A stretch of 64,000 nt of DNA from an uncultured Pseudomonadota bacterium (GCA_964429275.1 CAYSBJ010000001.1:124001-188000); one strand, 5' to 3'. Positions 49,552 to 60,008 are shown, numbered from the stretch's first letter. A program made the numbers and translations. Notes: generated by a model from the sequence alone, not told the origin.

Positions 49552-51162
49552 TTACTTTTTCTTGTTCATGAGTTCCCAGAATTCATCGTTGGTTTTGGTT
49601 TTTTTCATCTTATCGATGAGCAATTCCATACCTTCTACGACGTTCATGCCACCAAGGAACTTTTGCAAGATCCATGCGCGGTTCAATTCTGCTTCGTTGA
49701 GCAACAAGTCTTCACGGCGAGTGCCGGAGGCTTGCAAGTCGAAGGCTGGATACACACGGCGGTTGGACAATTTACGGGTAAGGTGAATTTCCATGTTGCC
49801 GGTACCTTTAAATTCTTCGAAAATCACTTCGTCCATACGAGAACCGGTTTCTACCAGTACGCTGGCGATAATAGTAAGCGATCCACCCTCTTCGGCTTTA
49901 CGTGCGGCACCAAAAAAGCGTTTTGGTCGTTGCAGTGCAGTGGCATCAATACCACCACTTAATACCTTGCCGCTCGATGGTGACAGAGTATTGTAAGCAC
50001 GTGCTAAACGGGTAAGAGAGTCAAGAATAATAACAACGTCTTTGCCGCATTCAACTAAGCGCTTTGCTTTTTCGAGTACAACTTCAGCTACTTGTACGTG
50101 ACGAGTCGCGTATTCGTCAAAAGTAGAAGATACTACTTCTCCTTTGATCGAACGTTGCATGTCGGTCACTTCTTCTGGGCGCTCATCGATCAAAAGGATG
50201 AGTAAAATCGCTTCAGGGTGTTGTTGTGCAATGATGTTGGCAATGTCTTTAAGTAAGACTGTTTTACCGGTTCGCGGTGGTGCCACGATCAAGCTCCGTT
50301 GGCCTTTACCAATTGGAGTCAACATATCCATGATACGAGTCGAAATATTGGTTGAATCTCCCTCAAGCTTAAATCGCTCATTCGGGAAAAGTGGTGTTAA
50401 GTTTTCAAATAAGGTGTTGCGAACCGACTGAGATGCAGGCTGGTCGTTAACCATATCTACGCGTTGAAGTGCGAAATATTTTTCCGACTCTTTTGGCCGA
50501 CGAAGGATACCCTTAATAGAGTCACCAGTACGCAAGCTAAAGCGTTTAATGTGCGCCGGAGAGACATAGATGTCATCCGGACCAGGAACGTAGTTAAATT
50601 TGGGTGAACGAAGAAAACCGTAGCCATCCGGTAATTTTTCCAAAATACCTTCACCATGGACGTCAGCGCGACGTTCAAGTTCAACACAGACAATGCGGAA
50701 AACCAAATCTTGCTTTTTATAAGACGACGGTTCTTTGATGCCAATTTTTGTTGCATACTCGATCAGGTCGTTGATGCTCATTTCTTTGAGTTCTTGGACA
50801 GAAACCGCACGTCGTGGCGCGCCGTTGCTGTCTTGAATTGCTAGCTGATCTTCGTATGTTTCTTCTTCAGGTCCGTTATTGGTGCGTGTTGGTTGTCCTT
50901 GTGGTGAACGTCGACCATTGTTGCGTCCAAATTTGTCGTCACGGCGACGGTCATTATGATGAGGACGGCGCTGTTGGTTTGGATTCTGTTGTCGTTGGCC
51001 AGGTTCTTGTTGGGCGACCGGGGCCTGATTTTCTGATGATGCAGCAGCATTCAAGGCTTCTAACGCCTCGGCGATGATCGAATCTTGCGTGTCTGGCGCT
51101 GAAGATGTCATCGTTTCTTTTGGTGCATCAATAATGGATTGGGGAGCTATTTTATCTGGCAT
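49552..51162 (-). CDS. rho: Transcription termination factor Rho
   Basis: [41 protein letters not shown]-rich N-terminal extension. Confidence 0.97.
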   Translation of the reverse strand: MPDKIAPQSIIDAPKETMTSSAPDTQDSIIAEALEALNAAASSENQAPVAQQEPGQRQQNPNQQRRPHHNDRRRDDKFGRNNGRRSPQGQPTRTNNGPEEETYEDQLAIQDSNGAPRRAVSVQELKEMSINDLIEYATKIGIKEPSSYKKQDLVFRIVCVELERRADVHGEGILEKLPDGYGFLRSPKFNYVPGPDDIYVSPAHIKRFSLRTGDSIKGILRRPKESEKYFALQRVDMVNDQPASQSVRNTLFENLTPLFPNERFKLEGDSTNISTRIMDMLTPIGKGQRSLIVAPPRTGKTVLLKDIANIIAQQHPEAILLILLIDERPEEVTDMQRSIKGEVVSSTFDEYATRHVQVAEVVLEKAKRLVECGKDVVIILDSLTRLARAYNTLSPSSGKVLSGGIDATALQRPKRFFGAARKAEEGGSLTIIASVLVETGSRMDEVIFEEFKGTGNMEIHLTRKLSNRRVYPAFDLQASGTRREDLLLNEAELNRAWILQKFLGGMNVVEGMELLIDKMKKTKTNDEFWELMNKKK

Positions 51163-51312
51163 CGGTCAACTCGCAAGCTAGAAATGGGTTAATGAGAATG
51201 TTCCAAAAAAGAACTACCATGACACACAGTACCAATGTGTGGGGCAAAAAACATCTATTTTAAGCAAATGGTTCTAATATGGACGGGTATTCAAATTCTC
51301 ATCAATCCGTTT

Positions 51313-52179
51313 TTAGCGCTGTTGAGCGCTACCAATGGCAAGCATTATTGGACTTGCTATGTAGATTGATGAGTAGGTTCCTGCCACGATACCGACAAGC
51401 ATCGAGAGCGAGAATCCTTTGAGCGCTTCGCCACCTAATAAGTAGAGGGATAAAACGGCCAAAAATGTGGTAAAACTGGTCAGCAATGTGCGACGCAGCG
51501 TTTGATTAATACTTATATTTACGACTTCTTCTTCAGTATTGTTCTTCAGAAGAGCGAAATTTTCTTGGATGCGGCTAAAGATAACGATGGTATCGTTGAT
51601 CGAGTACCCAAGCGTTGTCAAAAGCGCCGCCAAAACGTTAAGTGAAACTTGTTCGTTCAGTAGTAAAAGAACAACTAAAACTGCCAATACGTCGTGCACC
51701 AGGGCTACAACAGCGCCAACCGCAAAGCGGTATTGGGAGCGGAGAGCAATGTATGCCAACATGCCAAGCAAGGCGAAAAGAATAGCGATGAAGGCATCCC
51801 ATTTAATGTCGTTACCAACTTCGGCGCCAACCCACGAAACGTCATCAAGCGTCACTGCGTTGCCGCGGAGTTTTTTATCTGCTGTTTCAAGGAAGCGTTC
51901 TTCCAGCGACTTGTCGCTTTGCTTTACACGAATTAAAAATTGTTTATTCGCCGATCCGATACTTTGAATAACAGGATCTTGCCATCCGTCCTCATTGAGC
52001 GCATTGCGCAAGTCAGAAGAGGAAAGAGGTTTTTCAAAACTTACTTGCAGTTCAGTGCCGCCCACAAAGTCGATATGGTAATTAAACCCACCGCGATATA
52101 CATATGCTGCTACACCGGCACCTAAGAACAACACAGAGAATGTTGCACAAACTAAACGGTAACGCAGAAAATTGATCAC
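51313..52179 (-). CDS. secF: Protein translocase subunit SecF
   Basis: IDFVGG, GYSINDTIVIFSRI, TLRRTLLTS, GTYSSIYIA. Confidence 0.95.
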   Translation of the reverse strand: MINFLRYRLVCATFSVLFLGAGVAAYVYRGGFNYHIDFVGGTELQVSFEKPLSSSDLRNALNEDGWQDPVIQSIGSANKQFLIRVKQSDKSLEERFLETADKKLRGNAVTLDDVSWVGAEVGNDIKWDAFIAILFALLGMLAYIALRSQYRFAVGAVVALVHDVLAVLVVLLLLNEQVSLNVLAALLTTLGYSINDTIVIFSRIQENFALLKNNTEEEVVNISINQTLRRTLLTSFTTFLAVLSLYLLGGEALKGFSLSMLVGIVAGTYSSIYIASPIMLAIGSAQQR

Positions 52180-52271
52180 GGTATCTCCTTATTTTTTTAA
52201 AGCGAATATAAAACTCGGGGCCTTTTGTACCTTAAAAAAGCAAATAAATAAAGAAAACAGATTGAAAGGGT

Positions 52272-52526
52272 TTACGCCGCTTCGATCTTTACGAATTTAC
52301 GGCCTTTGAATCCTTGATAAAATTTTACGCTGCCAGGAATGATAGCAAACAAGGTGTCATCAGATCCTTGCATAACACCAACGCCTGGGTTTACGCGCGA
52401 TCCACGTTGCCTTACCAGAATTTCGCCTGAGTTGACTACTTGGCCGTCAAAACGCTTACAGCCAAGACGCTTGCCTATTGAATCACGACCGTTCTGAGTA
52501 GAACCACCGCTTTTACTTGTTGCCAT
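52272..52526 (-). CDS. rpmA: 50S ribosomal protein L27
   Basis: [27 protein letters not shown]. Confidence 0.97.
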   Translation of the reverse strand: MATSKSGGSTQNGRDSIGKRLGCKRFDGQVVNSGEILVRQRGSRVNPGVGVMQGSDDTLFAIIPGSVKFYQGFKGRKFVKIEAA

Positions 52527-52601
52527 CGTGTGCTCCTAGTGGATAAATAGTTGAGTAATTAGTTTGAAAATTTAGAAGGGCTATAGCCCAAAACAGGCTA
52601 A

Positions 52602-52629
52602 ATCATGACATATTCTGCACAAATGTCAA
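52602..52629 (-). promoter_or_regulatory. Putative sigma70 promoter of rpmA
   Basis: Minus strand TTGACA-16nt-CATGAT with a TG extension. Confidence 0.4.
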
Positions 52630-52631
52630 CC

Positions 52632-53453
52632 TCAAGCGTTTGCTGGTTTCTTCGCTGCGGCCTTGCTTAATGCTATTTTTGTGGCGGCTAAAACTTCAAA
52701 AGGTGAGCGGTAACCGTCAAAACAGAGTCGCTTGATTAATACGGCGGCAGGGATGCCGGCGAGTATGGTGCCGCCGATGATAGGGAGGACGAAGTCGCTT
52801 TTGCCGTAAAAAGTCCCCCCAAGAACTGGGACGATGGGGCTGCGAAAGCCAAGTGCATTATTAATTATGGATTCAATTATTGTCATGAGGATAATTTTGG
52901 TTACTGCCCAGCCGGTATCAATAGCCAATTGGCCAGCGACTCCTTGGCCTCCATTTTCGCTACGAATTTCTCGAATTCTGCTTTTTGCCATAGCGACGCC
53001 GAGGGCAAGGAGGAGTGATCCTAGAATGACAGCCCCTCCCATCCAAAAGAATGGAGCCTTTTTTTGCATGCTCAGGTAGCCTGGGACCTCGCAGACCGCA
53101 ATGTTGGGGTTGTCTTGAAAAAACTCTATAAGCTCAGACTTTTCGATGGTGAATGTGTTGAAATTTCTGTCGGTGGTAGAGATGGCAAAAACCTTTTTTT
53201 TCTTGTCATAGAGGAGTGTGCCGCAAAAATCCTTAGCTCGCTGATCGTACAAGGCGATTACTTTACCTTGTACGTAGCTACGGAGCCGACGACCGGTTTT
53301 TGGGTCGGTCCCGAGTTCCTCGATGACAAATTTAGCTTGGCCTTTGGTTCTTGCCATGGCCATTTCAAGCGGGGTAGGCCTAGCGATTGTGCTAAAGCTG
53401 GTGATGGCTAGAAAGAGCAGGGGGAGGAGGCTGTGCAGCATGCTTTTTTTCAT
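52632..53453 (-). CDS. Hypothetical exported membrane protein (paralog of 55863-56642)
   Basis: Signal peptide, QGKVIALYD...F.GTL domain, C-terminal hydrophobic helices. Confidence 0.72.
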   Translation of the reverse strand: MKKSMLHSLLPLLFLAITSFSTIARPTPLEMAMARTKGQAKFVIEELGTDPKTGRRLRSYVQGKVIALYDQRAKDFCGTLLYDKKKKVFAISTTDRNFNTFTIEKSELIEFFQDNPNIAVCEVPGYLSMQKKAPFFWMGGAVILGSLLLALGVAMAKSRIREIRSENGGQGVAGQLAIDTGWAVTKIILMTIIESIINNALGFRSPIVPVLGGTFYGKSDFVLPIIGGTILAGIPAAVLIKRLCFDGYRSPFEVLAATKIALSKAAAKKPANA

Positions 53454-53716
53454 TAATTTTTCTTTCGATAAAGCAATAAATATGCATAAATTCTACACTA
53501 TTTGAGTGTTTTGTAAAAACCTTCTGAGGGAAGGGGAGCGCTTCGCTTGATCTTGATGTTTTTCGTATGGCTCCTGCTGAGCATCTGAAGGGGGCGTTCG
53601 GTTTTCTGTCGAAAAAGCTGCTGGGGTCAAAATAGCGGATTGTGTCTTGTGCTTTGCTTTTTTGATTGTTACGATTACCCCATCTCACTATAGCCAATAA
53701 ATGTGTAAGGAATTTT

Positions 53717-54220
53717 ATGAAACTAAAATCTTTCGTGTTGGGTTTTTGCGTCGCTGTTGTGGCCCCTTCTTTTGTGTTGTCTTCTGACGGGTCTATGGAG
53801 CTCTGCAAGGCGATTTTGTCGCCGGAGGATTGTTTTAAGCTTGGACTTACGGTAGAGCGTTGCGCGTCTGATTTGCGCGAAGCAATTGGAGAAGCAATAA
53901 GACGGCGGCCTATTTTTTCTAGAGATCCGAAGGTATTTATGACAAATGGCGAGGTGAGAGGTCTTCCCTTGTACGGACAATGCAAGATCTATGTAGAGTA
54001 TGTGGGGGATGCGTATCAGAATACCTACGTTGTACTGGAAGGATCGGACCTTTGCACTCGATTTAGTCTGTTTTATCGTGTTGCTACTACTACGCTTGAT
54101 TCGCGAGGAGCCATTCATTTAAAGGAGCCTAACCAGATGGATCTTCATCGCCAAGTCATCGTGCGTTACCGAGTTTTTCCTCCTGAGGTTTTTGAGCATG
54201 CATTTAATTCTCTCTCCTAA
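53717..54220 (+). CDS. Hypothetical exported protein
   Basis: AAGGA RBS, MKLKSFVLGFCVAVVAPSFVLS signal-like N-terminus. Confidence 0.65.
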   Translation: MKLKSFVLGFCVAVVAPSFVLSSDGSMELCKAILSPEDCFKLGLTVERCASDLREAIGEAIRRRPIFSRDPKVFMTNGEVRGLPLYGQCKIYVEYVGDAYQNTYVVLEGSDLCTRFSLFYRVATTTLDSRGAIHLKEPNQMDLHRQVIVRYRVFPPEVFEHAFNSLS

Positions 54221-54315
54221 ATCGTTTTTGATTTCAGAGATGCGAGCAAAGGCTTGGCAGAGCCTCTTGCAAGCGTCAAAATGAAGTTTGCCCATAAATA
54301 GTTTACTGAGGTTGC

Positions 54316-54358
54316 AAGAAAGGAGCCAGCGTTTAGATGCTGGCTCCTCTTCATTTTT
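54316..54358. terminator. Probably bidirectional intrinsic terminator
   Basis: aggagccagcgt (54321-54332) / atgctggctcct (54337-54348) stem between convergent genes, with T-rich runs on both strands. Confidence 0.7.
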
Positions 54359-54391
54359 CTAGTCTATGCTTCTGATAAGAATGTGTTTTCA

Positions 54392-55729
54392 TTAGGGCTT
54401 GGTTGTCATCATTTTTTTAACTTCAGAAAGGTGAGCCTGATAGATTTTAAGTTCTGCCTTGCGCTGCGCTATGTTTCGCCTATAAAAGTCGGCTTGCTCT
54501 TCCAAGGTTAAGTCTGTTTCTCCTATTGTCTTTTTAGCACGCTCAATTCTTCCGGGAGACGAGTAGGTGCTGCCTACACTCCCGTCACTGTAATCATTAT
54601 CGTCATCATCTGAGCTGAAGATTGGATTTTTCAATGCTGTTTCTACAGCTTCCAGGCTTTTCATTGCTCCATTCATCCCTCTCGTGAAAGGCGAGGTTTG
54701 AGGCGTGCCTTGAGGTGTATGTTCGGTTCTTGGGGGAGTTGAGAGACTCCAAACCGCTTTATTGAGTCCTGGCGAGTCTTGAGCTCTTGGTGGCCGACGG
54801 CTACTTCCGGGTGCCATGCGAGAAAGGTTTTTTGAGACTTTTGTTCTTTGTGGTGTTACGAGGCCATGGCTGGTTGGCGTCCGGCCCACAGCCTGATCGG
54901 TCTGTTTAGGTGGCGATTGTTGCAACGGAGAAATGTGTACAGATCCCAATGTATTTTGCATTTCTAGCGTGGCTGGGCTTTTCGGGTCGATGCCGCATGG
55001 GGTTATAGGGCTTATGTCTAATTCTTTCCGAGCGGGGGTGTTTCCTGTTTGGACGCTCGTTGTTTTAGAGGCTTTCGAGTTTAGCGCGATACTTATGACT
55101 TCTACTTGGCTACGCAGGCTGAGTTGATTTGGGGGTAACGTTGGCTTCTCTGGCGCTACATTTTCTGTTTGTGTGCCGATTTCTTCTCGAGAAACTTTGA
55201 TGATCGGGGTTGGTTCGGCTTCTTGGATGAAAGGAGTGATTGCCAAGGTCGCTTCTGCTGTTTGCACGCTCATTTCTTCCGGCGTCTGCTTGGGAGGCTT
55301 TGGCGGCTCGACCATTAGTAGTGGCGGAGAACTTAGTGTGGTCACACTATCAGTTTGAATGCCTGTTTCTTGCAGAATTGCTTTGGACGCTTGTGGTTGA
55401 TCAGGTGTGTAGCCTGAGTTTTGACGTGACTTATAGAGGGCCAAAGCGCTGATGAGGGCAAAGGCGGTGCTACTGGCTACTTGCATCGTAACATTTGGTG
55501 AAGAAGCCCCTCTGGCGAGGTTTCGGTTTTTCTTTTGAACGAGACGCAGGAGCGCCGTGCGCTTTTCTTTGTTAAAGGCTAGCTCGAGCAAGCCGATTGT
55601 TGCGGCGGTGCCGCTGACGATACTAATGGTGCGCCAGGGGTTGCTTGGATCTTGAGCTTTACTGATGAGAGATGAGGTTGGAAGTGCGGTAATAATGAGT
55701 AGTAAAAAGGCGTTTTTTGATTTGCCCAC
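54392..55729 (-). CDS. Exported, membrane-anchored disordered protein with repeated LC8-type QT motifs
   Basis: GTG start, signal-like N-terminus, two hydrophobic segments, long S/T/P-rich region, C-terminal coiled coil. Confidence 0.75.
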   Translation of the reverse strand: MGKSKNAFLLLIITALPTSSLISKAQDPSNPWRTISIVSGTAATIGLLELAFNKEKRTALLRLVQKKNRNLARGASSPNVTMQVASSTAFALISALALYKSRQNSGYTPDQPQASKAILQETGIQTDSVTTLSSPPLLMVEPPKPPKQTPEEMSVQTAEATLAITPFIQEAEPTPIIKVSREEIGTQTENVAPEKPTLPPNQLSLRSQVEVISIALNSKASKTTSVQTGNTPARKELDISPITPCGIDPKSPATLEMQNTLGSVHISPLQQSPPKQTDQAVGRTPTSHGLVTPQRTKVSKNLSRMAPGSSRRPPRAQDSPGLNKAVWSLSTPPRTEHTPQGTPQTSPFTRGMNGAMKSLEAVETALKNPIFSSDDDDNDYSDGSVGSTYSSPGRIERAKKTIGETDLTLEEQADFYRRNIAQRKAELKIYQAHLSEVKKMMTTKP

Positions 55730-55862
55730 GGTTCTTTCTCCATAGAATTTAATTGTTTGAGGTTAGCGGCGATTAAAATGGAGGGTAGAACGATTTTAAG
55801 TGGGGTAAGTAGCTAGGGAGAATAACAAAAAACGCTTATAAAGCAAGTGTCTTTATCATTTC

Positions 55863-56642
55863 TTAGTCTATCATGAGGGCGGTTTTTGTGTGCTTGATCG
55901 CTTCAGCAGGGTCCTTGTAGCCAGGAGCAAAAAAATCTCTTAAAAAGAGAAGGGTCGATGGGCCAAAGAAGAGAGGTCCGACTATGAGAGGTACTACTGC
56001 ATGGTCTGTGCCGTGATAACTATACGTTGTTCCTAGTGTCGCTAAATAGAGTTGGCTACCGGTGGTGCCAGTAAGTGCTTCGATTCCTAGGTACATAAGT
56101 ATGAGCGCGACAGAGCGCATGATGTCTTTCCCTATTTCTTCATTAATGTTGCAACCTTGTTTTAATTGAAGCTCTTGGTAGCGTTCTTTTGTTGCGTACA
56201 CACCAAGTACCGTCAAGAGACCGCCAGCTACCGCGAGTGCAGCTAAGCTCCGTAGTTTGTTTTTGTGTGCCTTCTGGTAGGCAGGAGTTGGGCATCCAAT
56301 TATTTGGGGATTTTGTGCACAAAAGGCCGTTAGGTCAGCGCTAGAAATTAGTTTGGTGGTGTACCGACCAAGGGGATCTTTTGTCGAAAGTGCAAGACGG
56401 GGAGAGTGTGCATCTTGAATGAGCGTTCCAGAAAATGACTGGCTTTGTGTATCATAAAGGGCGATGACTGGCCCCTGTATGTAGACTGTGGCCAGGAGCT
56501 TTGATGATGATTGTTGCAAAAAGCTAAAAGCACCGGTGCCAGTGTTTTGTGCAAATATCTCCTGAAAATTGTCTGCATTGTTTGAGACGGCAACTGTGAT
56601 CAAAAAAATAAAAAAGTTGGTAGTTAGAGTGGTCCGGGCCAT
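55863..56642 (-). CDS. Hypothetical exported membrane protein (paralog of 52632-53453)
   Basis: Signal peptide, QGPVIALYD...F.GTL domain, C-terminal hydrophobic helices. Confidence 0.72.
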   Translation of the reverse strand: MARTTLTTNFFIFLITVAVSNNADNFQEIFAQNTGTGAFSFLQQSSSKLLATVYIQGPVIALYDTQSQSFSGTLIQDAHSPRLALSTKDPLGRYTTKLISSADLTAFCAQNPQIIGCPTPAYQKAHKNKLRSLAALAVAGGLLTVLGVYATKERYQELQLKQGCNINEEIGKDIMRSVALILMYLGIEALTGTTGSQLYLATLGTTYSYHGTDHAVVPLIVGPLFFGPSTLLFLRDFFAPGYKDPAEAIKHTKTALMID

Positions 56643-56662
56643 GTGGGGATAACTTTGTTTAC

Positions 56663-59368
56663 TTATTTACTGACGTCGCCCCAGTTGGTGCCGGTGCGAA
56701 TAGAGACCTCAAGAGGTACTAGCCAACCGGTAACGACGCTGCCCATGCACTCTTTGATGAGGGGCACGAGGGTATTAACATCTTCTGGTTGAGCGGCAAT
56801 TAAAAGTTCGTCGTGGATTTGTAATACGAGATGTGCGTTCATATTTAACTCCTTGATCTTGGCATCAAGTTTCAGCATGGCCATTTTGATGAGGTCGGCA
56901 CTTGTGCCTTGAATAGGTGTGTTTATGGCGACGCGACGCTCAGCCTCTTGTAGCGTTCGGTTGCGCTCATGAAGTCCGGGAACATAGCGGCGCCGGCCGA
57001 GGAGAGTGCTGACGTAGCCGACTTCTTTGGCCTCTTGCACGGTGCGCTCCATCCACTCTTTAACCCCAGCGTACTGGTTAAAGTAGCTTTCAATATAGGC
57101 CTTTGCGCTTGCCGGTGAGATGGAGAGGTCTTTAGATAGGCCAAACGGGGTAAGGCCATACATGATACTAAAGTTAATCTTTTTCCCAACAGCTCGCTGA
57201 TCCGGGGTTACCGCTTTTTCTTCCACACTGAAAATGAGGGCTGCTGTTTGCGCGTGAACATCTTTGTGCGCCGAAAATGCTTGCAGCAACGCCTGGTCTT
57301 GGCTGAACTGTGCCAAAATACGAAGCTCGATTTGAGAATAATCGGCGGAGATGAATACGTATCCCTCTGGGGCTACAAAAGCATGCCGAATGGAGCTGCC
57401 AATCGGAATGTTTTGGAGATTGGGGTTAGTGCTGGATAGGCGCCCGGTCGCGGTAATTGTCTGTGTATAGGTGGTGTGAATTTTACCGGTGCGTGGGTTA
57501 ATTTCCTCTGGCAGAGGTAAGAGATAGGTGTTCAGTAGTTTACTGAGCTCACGATAATGCATGATCAGCCCCGGAACCGGGTGTATTTTGCTGAGCTCGG
57601 TCAGGACTTCGCTGTCGGTCGAGCGGCTACCAGTTTTGGTATTTTTCTTGAGAGCGGGCAATTTGAGTTGGTCAAAAAGAAGTACTTCAAGTTGCTGCGG
57701 CGAATTAAGATTGAGGGATGGTGCAACAATCATTTGCTGGCCGCCGTGTAGGCACGCCAGTATCTTCATGGTAATATGTTCTAACTCTTCCTGCGTCTTT
57801 GCGGCGATTTTTTGCATGAGTGGCACATCGATATTGATGCCGAACTCTTCCATTTCCCACAAGAGGCGCGAAAGCGGGAGCTCTACGTTGTCATACAGGC
57901 TTTGAAGAGCCGGGTCTTGCGCCAATTTTTTGGATAGTATCTTAAATAACTGCCAGGTTTGGCGGGCATCATTGGCTGCATACTGACTTGCAGGGATTAT
58001 TTCGATATCAGCAAAGGTTTTTTTTCCTTTTACTAACGCCTCGTACTCAACCATTTCTTCATGGAGATGTCGACTTGAAAGAGCTTTGAGTCCAATGCTT
58101 TCGTTGCCAGTGCGGAGTAAGCTTGCGATGATGAGGGTATCGCCGATGACGCCATTGAGATGGATGCCATAGCGGGCAAAGCCGGCCTGATCAAATTTGG
58201 TATTGTGGAACACTTTGGGGATGGAAGGGCTGCTCAGGAGTGGTTCTAATGCGTTCAGAACGGTCTCGCGTGGTAGCTGATCTTCTCCAGTTTTGTGACC
58301 AAAAGGGATGTAGTAGCCTTCGGTTTCATTAAAAGCGCAGGAAACGCCAACTACTTCATCGCGGAATGGCTGTAGTGAAGTGGTCTCAGTGTCAAAAGCG
58401 ATGCACGACTCTTGCTTGAGTTTGTCGATGAGGGTTGCGAGTTGTGCGGTTGTAGTTACCAGATGAGCCGTGAACTGTGGTGCTGGAAGCTGTTGCTCGC
58501 TGTGAGGAAGTGCAGTGGGCATACCAGTGACTCCGTTCGGAAGGAATGGGCGCATCTCGTACCGCCTGAAGAAAGAGGCTGCCTCGATCCATTTGCTTTT
58601 GTCGTAGAGGCTTTGCGCCCCATCAAAATGGGTGGCATGGTATCGTAGTGTAAAGAGAGATGCACTTAAAAACGCCTCCTCTTTGCTTGCCGTTAAAAGT
58701 TCCTGAACTCGTTTGGGTGTTACGGTAGCTAGCGATGCATAGAGATTTTCGATGGAATGGTAATGCTGCGCCAGTGCTTGCGCTGTTTTTGCCCCAATCC
58801 CTTTTACACCAGGAATATTGTCAGAACTATCGCCAAGAAGGGCGTGATAGAGCAGCAGATCTTCCGGTGCAAACTGGCGTTCGGCGATAAACGATTCATG
58901 AGTTATGGTCGCTTGCTTAAATGGATCGAAGATGCTTACGTGTCCATCGAGGAGTTGGTGTAGATCTTTGTCGCCGGTGACAACAACGATCGGGACGCCT
59001 TCGTGCTCGCGTATAAGGGAGTACATGATATCATCTGCTTCCAGGCCTGGCTTGGCGAGTTGTGCGACGCCGATTGTGGTAATGAACTCTATGATGGCTT
59101 CTTTTTGGGTGATCAGATCGCTTGGTGGGGTCTGGCGTGTTGCCTTGTAGGCTGGGTATTCGGCATGGCGGATTGTTGGTCCTTTGCTGTCCCATACTAC
59201 GATGAGATTTTTTGGGTCGAGGTCATCAGTGATCTTTTTGAGGGTGCGGCAAAATCCATAAATAGCATGGGTCGCCATGCCACTGGTGGTATGGAGCGGT
59301 TTTACCCCGTAATACGAGCGATAGAGGAGTGATGACGCGTCAATGATGTAAAGAGCGGTTGGTTTCAT
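56663..59368 (-). CDS. polA: DNA polymerase I
   Basis: 5'-3' exonuclease (EADD, GDSSDNIPGV), 3'-5' exonuclease (FDTET), polymerase motifs DYSQIELR, K..NF..MYG, QIHDEL. Confidence 0.97.
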   Translation of the reverse strand: MKPTALYIIDASSLLYRSYYGVKPLHTTSGMATHAIYGFCRTLKKITDDLDPKNLIVVWDSKGPTIRHAEYPAYKATRQTPPSDLITQKEAIIEFITTIGVAQLAKPGLEADDIMYSLIREHEGVPIVVVTGDKDLHQLLDGHVSIFDPFKQATITHESFIAERQFAPEDLLLYHALLGDSSDNIPGVKGIGAKTAQALAQHYHSIENLYASLATVTPKRVQELLTASKEEAFLSASLFTLRYHATHFDGAQSLYDKSKWIEAASFFRRYEMRPFLPNGVTGMPTALPHSEQQLPAPQFTAHLVTTTAQLATLIDKLKQESCIAFDTETTSLQPFRDEVVGVSCAFNETEGYYIPFGHKTGEDQLPRETVLNALEPLLSSPSIPKVFHNTKFDQAGFARYGIHLNGVIGDTLIIASLLRTGNESIGLKALSSRHLHEEMVEYEALVKGKKTFADIEIIPASQYAANDARQTWQLFKILSKKLAQDPALQSLYDNVELPLSRLLWEMEEFGINIDVPLMQKIAAKTQEELEHITMKILACLHGGQQMIVAPSLNLNSPQQLEVLLFDQLKLPALKKNTKTGSRSTDSEVLTELSKIHPVPGLIMHYRELSKLLNTYLLPLPEEINPRTGKIHTTYTQTITATGRLSSTNPNLQNIPIGSSIRHAFVAPEGYVFISADYSQIELRILAQFSQDQALLQAFSAHKDVHAQTAALIFSVEEKAVTPDQRAVGKKINFSIMYGLTPFGLSKDLSISPASAKAYIESYFNQYAGVKEWMERTVQEAKEVGYVSTLLGRRRYVPGLHERNRTLQEAERRVAINTPIQGTSADLIKMAMLKLDAKIKELNMNAHLVLQIHDELLIAAQPEDVNTLVPLIKECMGSVVTGWLVPLEVSIRTGTNWGDVSK

Positions 59369-59461
59369 AAAAAATCCTCGTACTATTTTTGCCAGCGGCC
59401 AGTTGTTTGGGTAGTATAATGCGTCTTTAGTATTTTTGCTAAAACCATAGGGAGGTTTGTG

Positions 59462-59905
59462 ATGCGCATATTAGCGTTAGATTTAGGTGATGTGTGGGTG
59501 GGGACTGCCCTCTCTGACCCACTGGGCATTGTGTGTCGCCCTCTTAAGACAGTAAAGCGCAAGGAATTAGTCGATTTTTTAAAGAAAGTTCTCCCTGAGC
59601 ATGACGTCAGTATGGTTCTGGTTGGTTTGCCGGCAGGAGCACGCGGGGAGGAAACTGAGCAAAGCAAAAAAACACGCACATTCTTTGTTGCCTGCCAGGA
59701 GCAATTCCCTTCGGTGACGTGGGAGCTTCTTGATGAGTATTTAACGAGTCAGTTAGCAACGAGCCATCAACAAACAGTGAAACGCCAGAAATTAAGCAGC
59801 CAGAGTAAGCTTGAATCACATTCTTTGGCCGCCGCTTTTTTGCTAAAAGACTATCTTTATAGCCGTCGATCTATCGAGGAAGAAGACGATCGCATTATTG
59901 ATTAA
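59462..59905 (+). CDS. ruvX: YqgF/RuvX putative pre-16S rRNA nuclease / resolvase
   Basis: ILALDLG..VGTALSD, VGLP, DEYLTS, AAAFLL. Confidence 0.9.
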   Translation: MRILALDLGDVWVGTALSDPLGIVCRPLKTVKRKELVDFLKKVLPEHDVSMVLVGLPAGARGEETEQSKKTRTFFVACQEQFPSVTWELLDEYLTSQLATSHQQTVKRQKLSSQSKLESHSLAAAFLLKDYLYSRRSIEEEDDRIID

Positions 59906-60008
59906 CAAATGTGTTTACTCTTGTGCGAATCTCTTCATAGTATGCGCCCGGCAGTGATGCCGATCTGTTGTTTTTATCCACGTATATATATCGCAAGAGG
60001 ATAGTACT

